DNA from: Candidatus Micrarchaeota archaeon
GTDB taxonomy: Archaea; Micrarchaeota; Micrarchaeia; Norongarragalinales; UBA8480
Reading direction: 5' to 3'
NCBI GenBank assembly: GCA_021812145.1
Contig: JAKAOM010000001.1
Span: 87,898-132,564 of the forward strand
DNA: 44,667 nucleotides
A program made the position numbers and the translations under genes. The number at the start of each line of letters is the position of its first letter. The first letter of the stretch is position 1. The notes beneath the pieces were generated by a model. It searched no databases, was not told the DNA's origin, and was given only the letters and a program-made list of their open reading frames with translations. This document shows positions 26,150 through 35,651 of this stretch, piece after piece.

Positions 26150-29100
26150 GTGATGAAAAAACTGTTTTTTGAGTTTTTTTTTGTTATTGTCTTAGCTGGC
26201 TTTTTGAGAGCTGCTTCTTGCGGTAATATAGGTTCATCCACTACTTTTACCGGTAATGTGGTCGCTTCTGGAAACTGTTTTAACTTGACTGCAAGCAACG
26301 TGGTTATAAACTGCAATGGTTATTCACTCACTGGAAGCGGAAGCGGCGACGGTTTTGACGTAAACAATGTTAGCAATGTTTCGATTTTGAATTGTCTTGT
26401 AACCGGCTTCACAGCTGGAGTTAACGCCTCTGAGTTTAACAACCTCACCATAGCTTATTCTAATTTTACGGGAAATGTTTATTCCATAAACACCTGGACT
26501 CCCTCTTATAGATATTCGAATGGGGTCAGCTGGGTTTACACTGCACCGCCGGTTGGCTTTATTTATTCCTATGGCTTGAATCTTTTCAATAATAATTTTT
26601 CAGATCAATTTACTTTAAACAACAACCCTTACTCCTGCAACGTGATTTACAATGCTACAATAGAGAATAATTTGATAAGCGGCAATTTTGCAGGTCATCA
26701 TCTGAGCAATTCAACGATTTCTTTCAATAATTTTACGGGCAATGGCAATACGCTTGGATGGAATTCGTCCACCGCTTTCTATAACGGAACTTCGGTTTCA
26801 TCACCTTCGTGGGCTATCAATTATTTTTATCAGTATGGAAGTAACCTTAATTTAGGCAGTTATGATAATGTGACAAGTAACAATTTTTCCAATGGAAACT
26901 CAACTCTTTTTTTCATTTCCCCCTGCAGTTATAACCATTTTTTAAGCAACAATCTTTCGGGATCGGCGTTCACTGGCCAGTTTTGGTGCGATAATAATGT
27001 TCAAGCGTGTGTTTCAAATGGCGCGTGGTCGATTGATGCCAGTACTGGGAACAATACTTTTGACTATAATAATTTTACAAGAAACAGTACTGAATCCCCG
27101 TTCATTGGCTTTTTCAATTATCGCAACAACGTGAATTACCTTTTTGAGAATGTTACTGTTAATAATTGGATTGATGGTAAGTCTGTTTTGTATTATTCTC
27201 CTTGGTCTAATAGTGTTTGTCCTAGTAATACGGTTATGCATTTTGGTGTTAATCAGTATGGTTTTGTAGGACTGGTTAATTGTTCTAGTGTAACTGTTGA
27301 TGGTGTTTTTTATACTGGTTTGGGGGTTGGTTTGACAAACAACTCACTTTTCAGCAGCTCAAACGTTAGCGGCACTTCAAGCATGGGTTTGGCTTTTTTA
27401 AGCTCTAACAATGACGTTGTCCAAAACAGCAATCTAACCGGAAACGCGGTTATGCTCGCCACCACCAGTTTGAAAAATTGGTTTAACAGTTACAACGATT
27501 ATTATGGAGTAGGTCTTGCTGCTGGAATGGGGAATGCTTTTAGCATTAATAACGTTTCTAATTTTTCAATAAATAATGTTTATGCTAGCAATTTTACTGT
27601 GGGGGTTGAGTTTTCGCAGTTTACCAATCTTACAGTAAATAATTCAAATTTCATTGGAAACAACGTTTCCATGCTCCAATGGAACTCCCCAATAGGATTT
27701 AATGATCCTCTAGAAAATACTCACTCTTTCGTTCTTTCAACCGGATTGAGCGTTTTCAATAATACTTTTGCTGATCCAACCACCTTAAAATTCAATCCAT
27801 ACCAGTGTGAAGCTATCCGGTATGGCAATTTCGTAAACAACACGATTTCAGGCACTTTTTTTGGGCATCACGTATATAATTCGAGTTTTTCAAACAACAG
27901 CATAATAAATAACAATTATGGCTTAATCACTTTGGGAGGAGACTTTAATGTTGGCAGTTTCAACAATTTAATAAACAATTATTTCGGCAATTCTAGTTAT
28001 GAGGGAAGCATTACCGTGTCTTTTTGCAGTAACAACTATTTTTACAACAACACTTTTTTGGGAGGAATTTTTGCTGGAATGCCTTGGTGCAGCTATAACG
28101 TATCAACCTGCATAGGTATGGGCGGGTGGGGTGGTGGTCCAACTGGAAACAATACTTTTGACTATAACAATTTCACAAGGACCAACGTTGGCAGCCCTTT
28201 TCTAAACCTGCTGACCTACGCAGGTAATGGGGGGAATTATTTTTTTGAAAATGCCACTGTCAATAATTGGATTGATGGTAAGTCTGTTTTGTATTATTCT
28301 CCTTGGTCTAATAGTGTTTGTCCTAGTAATACGGTTATGCATTTTGGTGTTAATCAGTATGGTTTTGTAGCGCTTGTTAACTGCTCTAATATAACCGTTG
28401 ATGGTGTTTTTTACACTGGTTTGGGAGTCTATTTAACGAATAACTCTTTGTTTAACAATTGCAATGTTAGCAGAACTGACACTCTAGGGCTGTTTTTAGA
28501 TAATTCAAACAACAACACACTTCAAAGCAGCAATATTACAACTGTTGGCGCTCCAGCATTGTGGTTTTACAATGCAAATTACAATAATATACTAAACGAT
28601 TTGATTTTACAAACTGCTTCCGCCTCGTACTCGCTTGGCGTAGGAAACAGTGACTACAACCTTTTTGCAAACTCGTATGTTTACGGTCTTAATTCAGTTT
28701 ATCTTTATTCTGGCAGTAACGGGAATGTTTTCAACAATTTTACAATAAATACCACTTCGAGCTACAGCATAGGAGAGGGAGGTTTTTATTCCGGAATAGC
28801 TTATAATAATACTTTTGAAAACTCGTTTTTGAATTTAAATGTTCCAACCCGCCCTTTCACTCTTTTCAATTCTACTTTGATTCTTTTTAACACTGCCTTG
28901 AATGCGTCAACCACTGGTCTTTTGAACGTTTCATCTTTTTACGAATCTACCAACAGCACCGTGCCTTTCTTTAACATTGTTGATTCCAACAGCAGCGTTT
29001 TGATTCAGTGGTTTTTGAACGCCTTGGTTGAGGATGCTGACGGTAATGCTGTGTACAATGTAAGCGTTAACGTTACTAACAGTTCTGGTATTATCGTGCA

Positions 29101-29716
29101 GAATCTAACCAACAGTTATGGATATACTGGCTGGAATGTTTTAAGTCAGGAGTTTTTGACTAATCTAAGCAGCGTTTTTTTCACTCCCTACACTGCTGCA
29201 GCGAGCGTTTCTGGGTGCGTTAACGGAGTTTACTCCGCTTCCACCACCCTAACCTCATCTCAAATTGTTATTATAAAATTCCGGAAATTGTTTAGGACTC
29301 TCCAGCTTTTGAGCGTAAGCCCTTCAACTTATACCCTATACAACCCTAACCAGAATCTTTCTTTGGTTTTCGAAGTTTTTAATCCAGGTTGCCTTTCAAC
29401 AGATTTTAACGTTACTGTTTACGCTCCTCAGGGTTCTTTTAATTGCAACTCAAACACCGGCGGTTTTGCTACTGTTTACGTCCCGTGTGGTTTTGTTAAC
29501 CTGACTTCTTATGCAAACAGCGTTAACGTGAGTTTGATTCCGCTTTCAGCTGGTTGGAGTTCCACGCCAATGCAGCAATTCATGTTCTACACTTCTATTT
29601 CAAACAACGTGGTGGTTTCTGATTCCAACGTTTGGCTGATTCTGGGTTTGGTCTTACTTGCCTTCTTTGCTTTAAGAAATAAACTTGGCAATGGTTTAAA
29701 GAGAAAGAACTCCTAA
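26150..29716 (+). CDS. Cell-surface glycoprotein with parallel beta-helix (NosD/PbH1-like) repeats and an internal duplication
   Basis: Signal peptide; CFNLTASNVVINCNGYSLTG start typical of archaeal beta-helix proteins; Asn-rich with many N-x-S/T sequons; C-terminal TM plus basic tail. Confidence 0.8.
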   Translation: MMKKLFFEFFFVIVLAGFLRAASCGNIGSSTTFTGNVVASGNCFNLTASNVVINCNGYSLTGSGSGDGFDVNNVSNVSILNCLVTGFTAGVNASEFNNLTIAYSNFTGNVYSINTWTPSYRYSNGVSWVYTAPPVGFIYSYGLNLFNNNFSDQFTLNNNPYSCNVIYNATIENNLISGNFAGHHLSNSTISFNNFTGNGNTLGWNSSTAFYNGTSVSSPSWAINYFYQYGSNLNLGSYDNVTSNNFSNGNSTLFFISPCSYNHFLSNNLSGSAFTGQFWCDNNVQACVSNGAWSIDASTGNNTFDYNNFTRNSTESPFIGFFNYRNNVNYLFENVTVNNWIDGKSVLYYSPWSNSVCPSNTVMHFGVNQYGFVGLVNCSSVTVDGVFYTGLGVGLTNNSLFSSSNVSGTSSMGLAFLSSNNDVVQNSNLTGNAVMLATTSLKNWFNSYNDYYGVGLAAGMGNAFSINNVSNFSINNVYASNFTVGVEFSQFTNLTVNNSNFIGNNVSMLQWNSPIGFNDPLENTHSFVLSTGLSVFNNTFADPTTLKFNPYQCEAIRYGNFVNNTISGTFFGHHVYNSSFSNNSIINNNYGLITLGGDFNVGSFNNLINNYFGNSSYEGSITVSFCSNNYFYNNTFLGGIFAGMPWCSYNVSTCIGMGGWGGGPTGNNTFDYNNFTRTNVGSPFLNLLTYAGNGGNYFFENATVNNWIDGKSVLYYSPWSNSVCPSNTVMHFGVNQYGFVALVNCSNITVDGVFYTGLGVYLTNNSLFNNCNVSRTDTLGLFLDNSNNNTLQSSNITTVGAPALWFYNANYNNILNDLILQTASASYSLGVGNSDYNLFANSYVYGLNSVYLYSGSNGNVFNNFTINTTSSYSIGEGGFYSGIAYNNTFENSFLNLNVPTRPFTLFNSTLILFNTALNASTTGLLNVSSFYESTNSTVPFFNIVDSNSSVLIQWFLNALVEDADGNAVYNVSVNVTNSSGIIVQNLTNSYGYTGWNVLSQEFLTNLSSVFFTPYTAAASVSGCVNGVYSASTTLTSSQIVIIKFRKLFRTLQLLSVSPSTYTLYNPNQNLSLVFEVFNPGCLSTDFNVTVYAPQGSFNCNSNTGGFATVYVPCGFVNLTSYANSVNVSLIPLSAGWSSTPMQQFMFYTSISNNVVVSDSNVWLILGLVLLAFFALRNKLGNGLKRKNS
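27161..27269 (+). repeat. 109-bp exact direct repeat, copy 1
   Basis: aataattggattgatgg...cagtatggttttgtag is identical to 28262-28370. Confidence 0.9.
28262..28370 (+). repeat. 109-bp exact direct repeat, copy 2
   Basis: Identical to 27161-27269; offset 1101 bp (367 codons, in frame). Confidence 0.9.
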
Positions 29717-29724
29717 TTTGGATT

Positions 29725-30477
29725 TTATCTTATCATTGAGCACGCGTTTGTCATAGTGTTTATGAAATCGTCAAACGTTAGCTCGTTCCAACTGTAGGTA
29801 GTGAAATTGTAGTAATTCATGTTGCTGAAGCTTGACTGCACAATATAATTCACTCCAAGCGAAGAGTTGGAATAACATGGAAAACTTATTTGATAAGCCG
29901 GTGATGCCGAGTTAGCATTTTGAACTGCATAGGTTATTGCGTACCCGTTTGCGTTTTTTGTTTTAGGGTATACCGTTTGGTTTTCCCCGCCAGGCATTGA
30001 CGGAAAAACTTCAAGATAAAAATTGTTTGTGAAGTGGTTTGTAACCGCTCCAATATTCGGGTCGTAAGGATTGTACGCTTTAAGAGAGTCTGGCGTTTGA
30101 TAATCTGTTTGTTCTCCGGGGTTTTTCTGAATCGTAACATTGAATGGGTTTAGCGTAACTGTGTTTCCCATTGACATTGTAGGGGCTAGAAAGGCATTCA
30201 TTGCCCCCTGGATAACCGAAGCCACTGTTTCGGTTTCTGCAAGCAAGGCGTTTGTAGAAGTGGGCTGTGGGTTTGCGTTGGATAGGTTTGCCGGTGGTAG
30301 GGTGGAGTTCGTCTGGATTGGTGGTGTGTTGTTTTGGGATGGTTGAACTTGACTTTGAGTGTGGTTTACCGCGCTGGCCGATGAGGTGTTGTTTAAAGAT
30401 GAAAAGAGCAGAAATAACCCTAATACTATTATCATAAATCCGATTACTAAAACAATCAGACCGTCTGTGGCGTCCAT
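29725..30477 (-). CDS. Hypothetical membrane-anchored extracellular protein
   Basis: N-terminal TM helix, S/T/N/P-rich linker, sequon-rich domain with two Cys. Confidence 0.7.
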   Translation of the reverse strand: MDATDGLIVLVIGFMIIVLGLFLLFSSLNNTSSASAVNHTQSQVQPSQNNTPPIQTNSTLPPANLSNANPQPTSTNALLAETETVASVIQGAMNAFLAPTMSMGNTVTLNPFNVTIQKNPGEQTDYQTPDSLKAYNPYDPNIGAVTNHFTNNFYLEVFPSMPGGENQTVYPKTKNANGYAITYAVQNANSASPAYQISFPCYSNSSLGVNYIVQSSFSNMNYYNFTTYSWNELTFDDFINTMTNACSMIR

Positions 30478-30662
30478 TTCTCTTTTTTTATTGTAATCGT
30501 TTTTTTTAATACTTTCGTTTAATCTCTTTTTCCCCTCTTGTTTTTTTTGATCAAGAGTTATGCTCTATTTTTGTTTTATCCGTCCCCTTTATTTGTGCGA
30601 AAGTTTTATTAAAATAGAATGGCAGAACTAATTGAATTGTGTGAGCAGTATGGTGGTTCAAG

Positions 30663-31496
30663 GTGAATGATAGTTTTTTCGATTCCGGCAAAAGCTTTGA
30701 AGAATGCAGGGTTGCGGTTGTTCCAGTTCCTTACGACGGCACTGTTTTCTTTGGAAAAGGTTGCCGGGATGGGCCTGAGGCTATTTTGAAGGCTTCAAAA
30801 TTTTTGGAAAGTTTTGATTTGGAGTGCGGTTTTGACATTAGCGAGAAAGTTGGATTTTTCACGCTTCCTGAAGTGGAGCCTGTTGTCAGCGGGCCTGAGA
30901 AAATGATTGAAAGCGTTGAAAATGCGGTTAAGGAAGTTGTGAATAAAGGAAAGTTTCCTCTTGTTTTCGGAGGAGAGCATTCCATTTCACTTGGTGCGGT
31001 AAGGTGTTTCGACAAAAAGGTTTCAGTTCTTGTCTTTGACGCTCATTTAGATTTCAGGGATGATTTTGAGGGAAGCAAGTTCAGCCACGCGTGCGTTGTG
31101 AAGAGGTTGAAGGACGAGGGTTTCAACGTTGTAGTTGTAGGTGTAAGAAGTTGTTTTGATAATATAAGTCAGGAAGAGCTTCGCTTTTTCAGGAATTTAA
31201 GCGACGTGGAGGGTGTGCTGAATTCCCTTGGAAATGAAGTCTACGTTAGTTTTGATTTTGACGCTTTGGACCCTTCTATAATGCCGAGCACTGGCGCTCC
31301 AGAGCCTGACGGCCTTTTATGGAGAGAGGTTGTTTCTTTTTTGAGAGTTTTGTCTTCAAGGAAAAAAATTGTTGGAATGGACTTTGTTGAGCTAGCGCCT
31401 ATTCCTGGTTTTGAAGCTCCCAACGTTTTGGCTGCAAAGCTGGTTTATGAATCAGTTGGTTTTGCTTTCAGAAATAAGGTTTATCCTGATTTTTAG
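30663..31496 (+). CDS. speB: Agmatinase (ureohydrolase family)
   Basis: GGEHSI, DAHLD, SHA, DFDALDPS.MP.TG.PEP.G, DFVEL.P. Confidence 0.92.
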   Translation: MNDSFFDSGKSFEECRVAVVPVPYDGTVFFGKGCRDGPEAILKASKFLESFDLECGFDISEKVGFFTLPEVEPVVSGPEKMIESVENAVKEVVNKGKFPLVFGGEHSISLGAVRCFDKKVSVLVFDAHLDFRDDFEGSKFSHACVVKRLKDEGFNVVVVGVRSCFDNISQEELRFFRNLSDVEGVLNSLGNEVYVSFDFDALDPSIMPSTGAPEPDGLLWREVVSFLRVLSSRKKIVGMDFVELAPIPGFEAPNVLAAKLVYESVGFAFRNKVYPDF

Positions 31497-31569
31497 GTAT
31501 TATTTATAATATTACTTATTAGTATACTTTATAGTAAACTTTAAAAGCTTAGATGTTGTAATATTGTGT

Positions 31570-31794
31570 ATGGGTTATGTAACAATTTCTTTAAAGATTC
31601 CTGAGGATTTAAGAGGTAGAATGCAGCAGCTTAATTTCAAGCCTTCTGATGTAAGGTTTTTGATAGAAAGAGAAACGAGGGCTAAAGAGCTTGAGTCTCT
31701 AGGTAAACGAGTCGATAAGTTGAAAAGTGCTTTTGACAAGATATCTGAAACGGAGGTAGTTAAATTATTAAGAGAGGACAGGGATTCAAGATGA
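31570..31794 (+). CDS. Putative VapB-type antitoxin
   Basis: RHH-like N-terminus (VTISLKIPEDL); ends LLREDRDSR; ATGA overlap with the PIN gene. Confidence 0.75.
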   Translation: MGYVTISLKIPEDLRGRMQQLNFKPSDVRFLIERETRAKELESLGKRVDKLKSAFDKISETEVVKLLREDRDSR

Positions 31795-32195
31795 AATACG
31801 TTTTTGACTCTTCTAGTATTTTCATACTTGCTGAAAAAAAGCAGTTTAAATACTTCACAGATGGTTTTACGCTTTCTCTTGCCAAGTACGAGATTGGAAA
31901 TATCCTGTGGAAAGAGCATCATTTGTTTCATCGTATAACAGCAAAAGAGCTTGAGGAAATGATATCAATATATGAAGATGTTTTTAGGAATATGAACGTT
32001 TTTGATGTCGGAGGTCATTTAGGTTACATATCTAAAATGGCGTCAAGACTTGGAATAAGTTTCTATGACGCGTCTTACGTCTATTTTGCTTCTAAAGAAG
32101 GGTGTTTTTTGATAACAGCGGATATAGGCTTAGCTAAAAGAGCGCATCAGGAGATAAAAGTTTTGCGTCCAGATGATTTGATTAATGGAGTTTGA
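31791..32195 (+). CDS. vapC: VapC-family PIN-domain toxin
   Basis: YVFDSS, YEIGNILWK, SFYDASY and LITAD acidic motifs. Confidence 0.88.
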   Translation: MKYVFDSSSIFILAEKKQFKYFTDGFTLSLAKYEIGNILWKEHHLFHRITAKELEEMISIYEDVFRNMNVFDVGGHLGYISKMASRLGISFYDASYVYFASKEGCFLITADIGLAKRAHQEIKVLRPDDLINGV

Positions 32196-32252
32196 GTTGG
32201 TTGCGCAAAGTCTTTTTAAGATTGCTGTTTAAAGTAATTTTGGTGTTTTTAA

Positions 32253-32471
32253 TTGAAGAAGGATTTGTACGAGGCTTTTGAGGTTTTGGACTCAAAAACC
32301 GATGATTTGGAGAAGAAGTTCCAGGATCTGAAGGGTGCGGACGAAAGAGTGGATCGGATTGTGGAGAAAAGGCTTTCCGAATTGAAGATGGTTTTGTACT
32401 TCAACCTGATAATCTCCGTTGTTTTGCTGTTTTTCGTTATAGGGTGGCTTGCAAGGGCTTTCGGTTTTTGA
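32253..32471 (+). CDS. Small coiled-coil protein with C-terminal TM helix
   Basis: 72 aa; GGTG SD-like motif upstream; hydrophobic C-terminus. Confidence 0.55.
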   Translation: MKKDLYEAFEVLDSKTDDLEKKFQDLKGADERVDRIVEKRLSELKMVLYFNLIISVVLLFFVIGWLARAFGF

Positions 32472-32539
32472 TTTTGTTTACTTTTTGTAATTTTAAGTAT
32501 ACAAAAAGTTTATAAATTTGAATGTTTAAACTTGTTAGC

Positions 32540-32782
32540 ATGAATCAAAACAATTCTATTGTTATAAGCTTTAGGCTTGACAGGAGAGTAAGGAATATTC
32601 TTGAAAAAGAGAATCTGGAGCCAGCAAAAGAGGCTAGAATTGCTCTCGAGGATTTGGCCAAAAGGGTGGAGTTCAAGAAGGCTATGACTGAGCTGACTTC
32701 TTTTATTGAAAGAAGAGTGAAGCCATCCAAGAAAGGTTTTGCGGTCAGTGTTGTTAGAAGTGACAGAAATGAAATGCATTGA
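32540..32782 (+). CDS. Putative VapB-type antitoxin
   Basis: SIVISFRL RHH-like start; ends VVRSDRNEMH; overlaps the PIN gene. Confidence 0.72.
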   Translation: MNQNNSIVISFRLDRRVRNILEKENLEPAKEARIALEDLAKRVEFKKAMTELTSFIERRVKPSKKGFAVSVVRSDRNEMH

Positions 32783-33158
32783 TTCTTCAGCGATCGTAAA
32801 ATACCTTTCAAGGGAGGAAGGTTGGGAGGCTTTAAGAGACGACCTTCTGGATTCGACGACGATTGAACTTGCTGTCAAGGAGTTGAGCAATGCATTTTGG
32901 GTTAAGGTTAGAAAAAAAGATGTGGAGTTTAAGGACGCGCTGCATATAATAAGCGAGTTTAATAATAACGCCGTGCTTGTCAGTCAGAGTGAGTTTCTGC
33001 CAACGGCTTTTAAAATATCCGTAGAACATGGCATTACAGTTTATGATTCATTGTTTATAGCAGTGGCTGTTGTAAAGGAGTGCGAGCTAGTGACCTGCGA
33101 CGCGAAGCAGGCTGAGGTAGCAAAAAAGGTTGGAGTAGCAGTTAAATTTTATAAATGA
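32769..33158 (+). CDS. vapC: VapC-family PIN-domain toxin
   Basis: MKCIDSSAIVK, KELSNAFW, TVYDSLFIA, LVTCD; start reset to ATG at 32769. Confidence 0.88.
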   Translation: MKCIDSSAIVKYLSREEGWEALRDDLLDSTTIELAVKELSNAFWVKVRKKDVEFKDALHIISEFNNNAVLVSQSEFLPTAFKISVEHGITVYDSLFIAVAVVKECELVTCDAKQAEVAKKVGVAVKFYK

Positions 33159-33273
33159 TGTTAAATTTTTTATTGTGATTCGATTAAAAAGGCTGTTTTT
33201 TTTAAAAGAAAGTTTTTTATTCTTATTCATGACAATTATAAAGAAAAGCTTTGCCAATCTATGGTGTTTTCAT

Positions 33274-33409
33274 GCCGGGATGGCAGAGTGGTAATGCGCA
33301 CGCCTGGAATTTTTTCTTCAGCTTTCAGTTGAAGTTATTGCTCGTGAGCGTGTGGCCGAAAGGCCTCCTGAGTTCGAAATTCGATTGTTCGAAAATCTCA
33401 GTCCCGGCG
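33274..33409 (+). tRNA. tRNA-Ser(GGA) with two introns (37/38: about 33310-33346; 59/60: 33379-33395)
   Basis: Acceptor GCCGGGA/TCCCGGC+G73; arm CACGC-CTGGAAA-GCGTG after splicing; variable arm GGCC-GAAA-GGCC. The anticodon-intron BHB is imperfect. Confidence 0.85.
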
Positions 33410-33444
33410 TTTTTGTTTTAAAGAAAAAAGGTTGTTATTTAAAA

Positions 33445-33978
33445 TTGGAAAAAGTTAAGAAAGATAATAAGAAGTTTGAAAAACCGGCAAGGCCGGAAGT
33501 CAAGAGCGAGAACAGAAAGGGAGTAGTCAGACTATGCGGTGTTGACGTAGTAGGAAGCGTTCCTGTTAAAACCGCTCTCATGAAGGTTAAGGGTGTTGGA
33601 TTCAGTCTGGGCGGTGCTATCTGCAACGAGCTTAAGAAGCTCGGAGTCGACGGAGATTTGCTTGTGGAGAATCTAAACGAAAGCCAGATTGACTTGATTG
33701 AAAAGGCGGTTGCCAACCCGGCAAGCATTGGCGTTAAGAGTTTTCTTTTAAACAGACGCGGCAGGGAGGGAAGCTTGTACGGAAGCGAGTTGTTTATAAC
33801 TGTCAGGCAGGATATTTCAAGAGAAAAAGAGTTGAAAACCTACAGGGGCTGGAGGCACATGCTGAACCAGAAAGTAAGAGGGCAGCACACCAGAAGCACT
33901 GGAAGAAGCGGTGCTACAGTGGGAGTTTCAAAGAAGGCTTTGAAGCCTACTCAGAAGAAAGAAGAGGAGAAGAAGTAA
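33445..33978 (+). CDS. rps13: 30S ribosomal protein uS13
   Basis: ALMKVKGVG, YRGWRH...KVRGQHTRSTGR. The track start (33352) lies inside tRNA-Ser, so in-frame TTG at 33445 is preferred. Confidence 0.93.
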   Translation: MEKVKKDNKKFEKPARPEVKSENRKGVVRLCGVDVVGSVPVKTALMKVKGVGFSLGGAICNELKKLGVDGDLLVENLNESQIDLIEKAVANPASIGVKSFLLNRRGREGSLYGSELFITVRQDISREKELKTYRGWRHMLNQKVRGQHTRSTGRSGATVGVSKKALKPTQKKEEEKK

Positions 33979-33979
33979 A

Positions 33980-34444
33980 ATGGGAGACCCTAAAAAACTA
34001 AGAAAACAGTACGAGACCCCAAGGAAAGTTTGGGACAAGGCTAGAATCGCAGAAGAGAGAAAGCTTTTGGTCGACTACGGTTTGAAGAACATGAGAGAGT
34101 TATGGGTTGCTAAAACCGTTTTGAGAAAGATTAGAAGAGAAGCGAGAATGCTTTTGGCCGAGGAAGGAAAGGGAGTGGCGTTAAGAAAGGAAAATTTAAT
34201 GAAAAGGGCTGAAAAATATTTCTTAAACAAGGGATCGGGTTTTGATGACCTGCTCAACCTGGACGTTTCAAGCGTTTTAGACAGAAGGTTGGAAAGCGTT
34301 GCGTTTAGAAAAGGTTTGGGCAGAACCATGCTCGAGGCCAGGCAGGGCATTGTGCACGGCCGTGTTTTTGTAGGAGGGAGAAAATGCAGTTCACCTTCAA
34401 TGCTTGTCAGTTTTGAAGAGGAAGGTTCGGTGGAGAAAATATGA
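33980..34444 (+). CDS. rps4: 30S ribosomal protein uS4
   Basis: [34 protein letters not shown]. Confidence 0.95.
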   Translation: MGDPKKLRKQYETPRKVWDKARIAEERKLLVDYGLKNMRELWVAKTVLRKIRREARMLLAEEGKGVALRKENLMKRAEKYFLNKGSGFDDLLNLDVSSVLDRRLESVAFRKGLGRTMLEARQGIVHGRVFVGGRKCSSPSMLVSFEEEGSVEKI

Positions 34445-34953
34445 GCGATGTAGTAGAAGCTAAAAGCGAAGTTAAAGAGAATAAACCTGAAGTGAAAACA
34501 GAGCAGGGAACCGGTTTTTCTTCACAGGGAAAGCGCGAGTTCAGACCTAGAAGAGAGGTTGTAATTCACGAGGGAAAGTGGGGGGTTGCCCATATATTTT
34601 CATCAAAAAACGACACTATTATAACCATAACCGATTTAAGCGGTGCTGAAACAATTGCAGTGGCGAGCGGTGGAATGATAGTTAAGGCAGACAGGGAGGA
34701 AGGCGGTGCCTACGCTTCAATGCAGGCCACCTTCAAGGCTGCTGAAAAGGCAAAGCTTAGAGGGGTTGAAGGTGTTCATGTTAGAATTAGAGCTCCAGGC
34801 GGGCACGGCAACAGAAATCCTGGTGTTGGAGCTCAGTCAGCCATCAGAGCTTTAGTTAGAAGTGGTTTAAGAGTTGGAAAGATTGAAGACGTTACCCCAA
34901 TTCCAACCGACACTACCAAAAGACCTGGAGGAAAAAGAGGGAGGAGAGTTTGA
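34441..34953 (+). CDS. rps11: 30S ribosomal protein uS11
   Basis: [35 protein letters not shown]. Confidence 0.96.
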   Translation: MSDVVEAKSEVKENKPEVKTEQGTGFSSQGKREFRPRREVVIHEGKWGVAHIFSSKNDTIITITDLSGAETIAVASGGMIVKADREEGGAYASMQATFKAAEKAKLRGVEGVHVRIRAPGGHGNRNPGVGAQSAIRALVRSGLRVGKIEDVTPIPTDTTKRPGGKRGRRV

Positions 34954-35639
34954 AGTCTGATCTAATTGAAAAGAACGGGAACAGGGCTTTCTTTCACGTT
35001 AAGGATTCTAGCTTCGCAGAGGTAAACTCTCTGAGGAGGTTTATCTTAACAGGACTTCCAAGCTTTGCCATAGACGAGGTTACCTTTCACGAGAATTCAA
35101 GCAGTTTATTCAACGAGTTCATTGCAGCTAGACTTGGATTGGTTCCATTGACTTTTGATGACGTTGATTACGAGGTTGGGTTTTCACTTGACTTCAAAGG
35201 GCCTGGAGTTGTCTACAGTAGGGATTTGAAAAGTTCGGACAAGAAAATAAAGGTTTTCAGCGAGGATATTCCATTGATTGAGTTGGATGCAGGGCAGAGT
35301 TTAAGGTTTGACGCGGTTGCCAGAAAGGGTTTTGGAAAGGACCACGCCAAGTTTCAGAATGCTTTTGCAGGCTACAATTCATACCCTGAAGTGAAGGGAA
35401 AGGTCAAAAACAAGGAGGAGGCTGCAAAGCTTTGCGTTAAAGGAGCCTTGAATTCAGACCTTGATTTGGTAAAACCTCAATTGTGCGATTTCTGCGGTGC
35501 TTGCGAAGCTGCGGGCCTTAAGGTTTCCACAATAGAAGGCGAGTTTGCGTTTTTCGTCGAAAGCTTCAACAATGTTTCTCCCGAGGATATTTTTGAGCTT
35601 GCGGTTAAAAGTTTAAAAAAGAAAAAGGGCGGTGATTGA
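34950..35639 (+). CDS. rpoD: RNA polymerase subunit D (Rpo3)
   Basis: NSLRR, AIDEV.F.EN.S, RLGLVPL, G.GKDHAKF, Fe-S motif CDFCGAC. Confidence 0.94.
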   Translation: MKSDLIEKNGNRAFFHVKDSSFAEVNSLRRFILTGLPSFAIDEVTFHENSSSLFNEFIAARLGLVPLTFDDVDYEVGFSLDFKGPGVVYSRDLKSSDKKIKVFSEDIPLIELDAGQSLRFDAVARKGFGKDHAKFQNAFAGYNSYPEVKGKVKNKEEAAKLCVKGALNSDLDLVKPQLCDFCGACEAAGLKVSTIEGEFAFFVESFNNVSPEDIFELAVKSLKKKKGGD

Positions 35640-35651
35640 AATAATGGTTAC

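Noticed and set aside
27161-28370. Diversity-generating retroelement TR/VR pair
   Set aside because: The core is identical, flank differences are mostly synonymous rather than adenine-specific, both copies are in-frame in one gene, and no reverse transcriptase is in the window.
33341-33347. Alternative splice giving loop CTCGTGA (Thr CGT)
   Set aside because: The long variable arm, G73 and position before rps13 indicate Ser; no BHB supports that junction.
33352-33444. N-terminal extension of uS13 in the ORF track
   Set aside because: Overlaps the tRNA-Ser gene.
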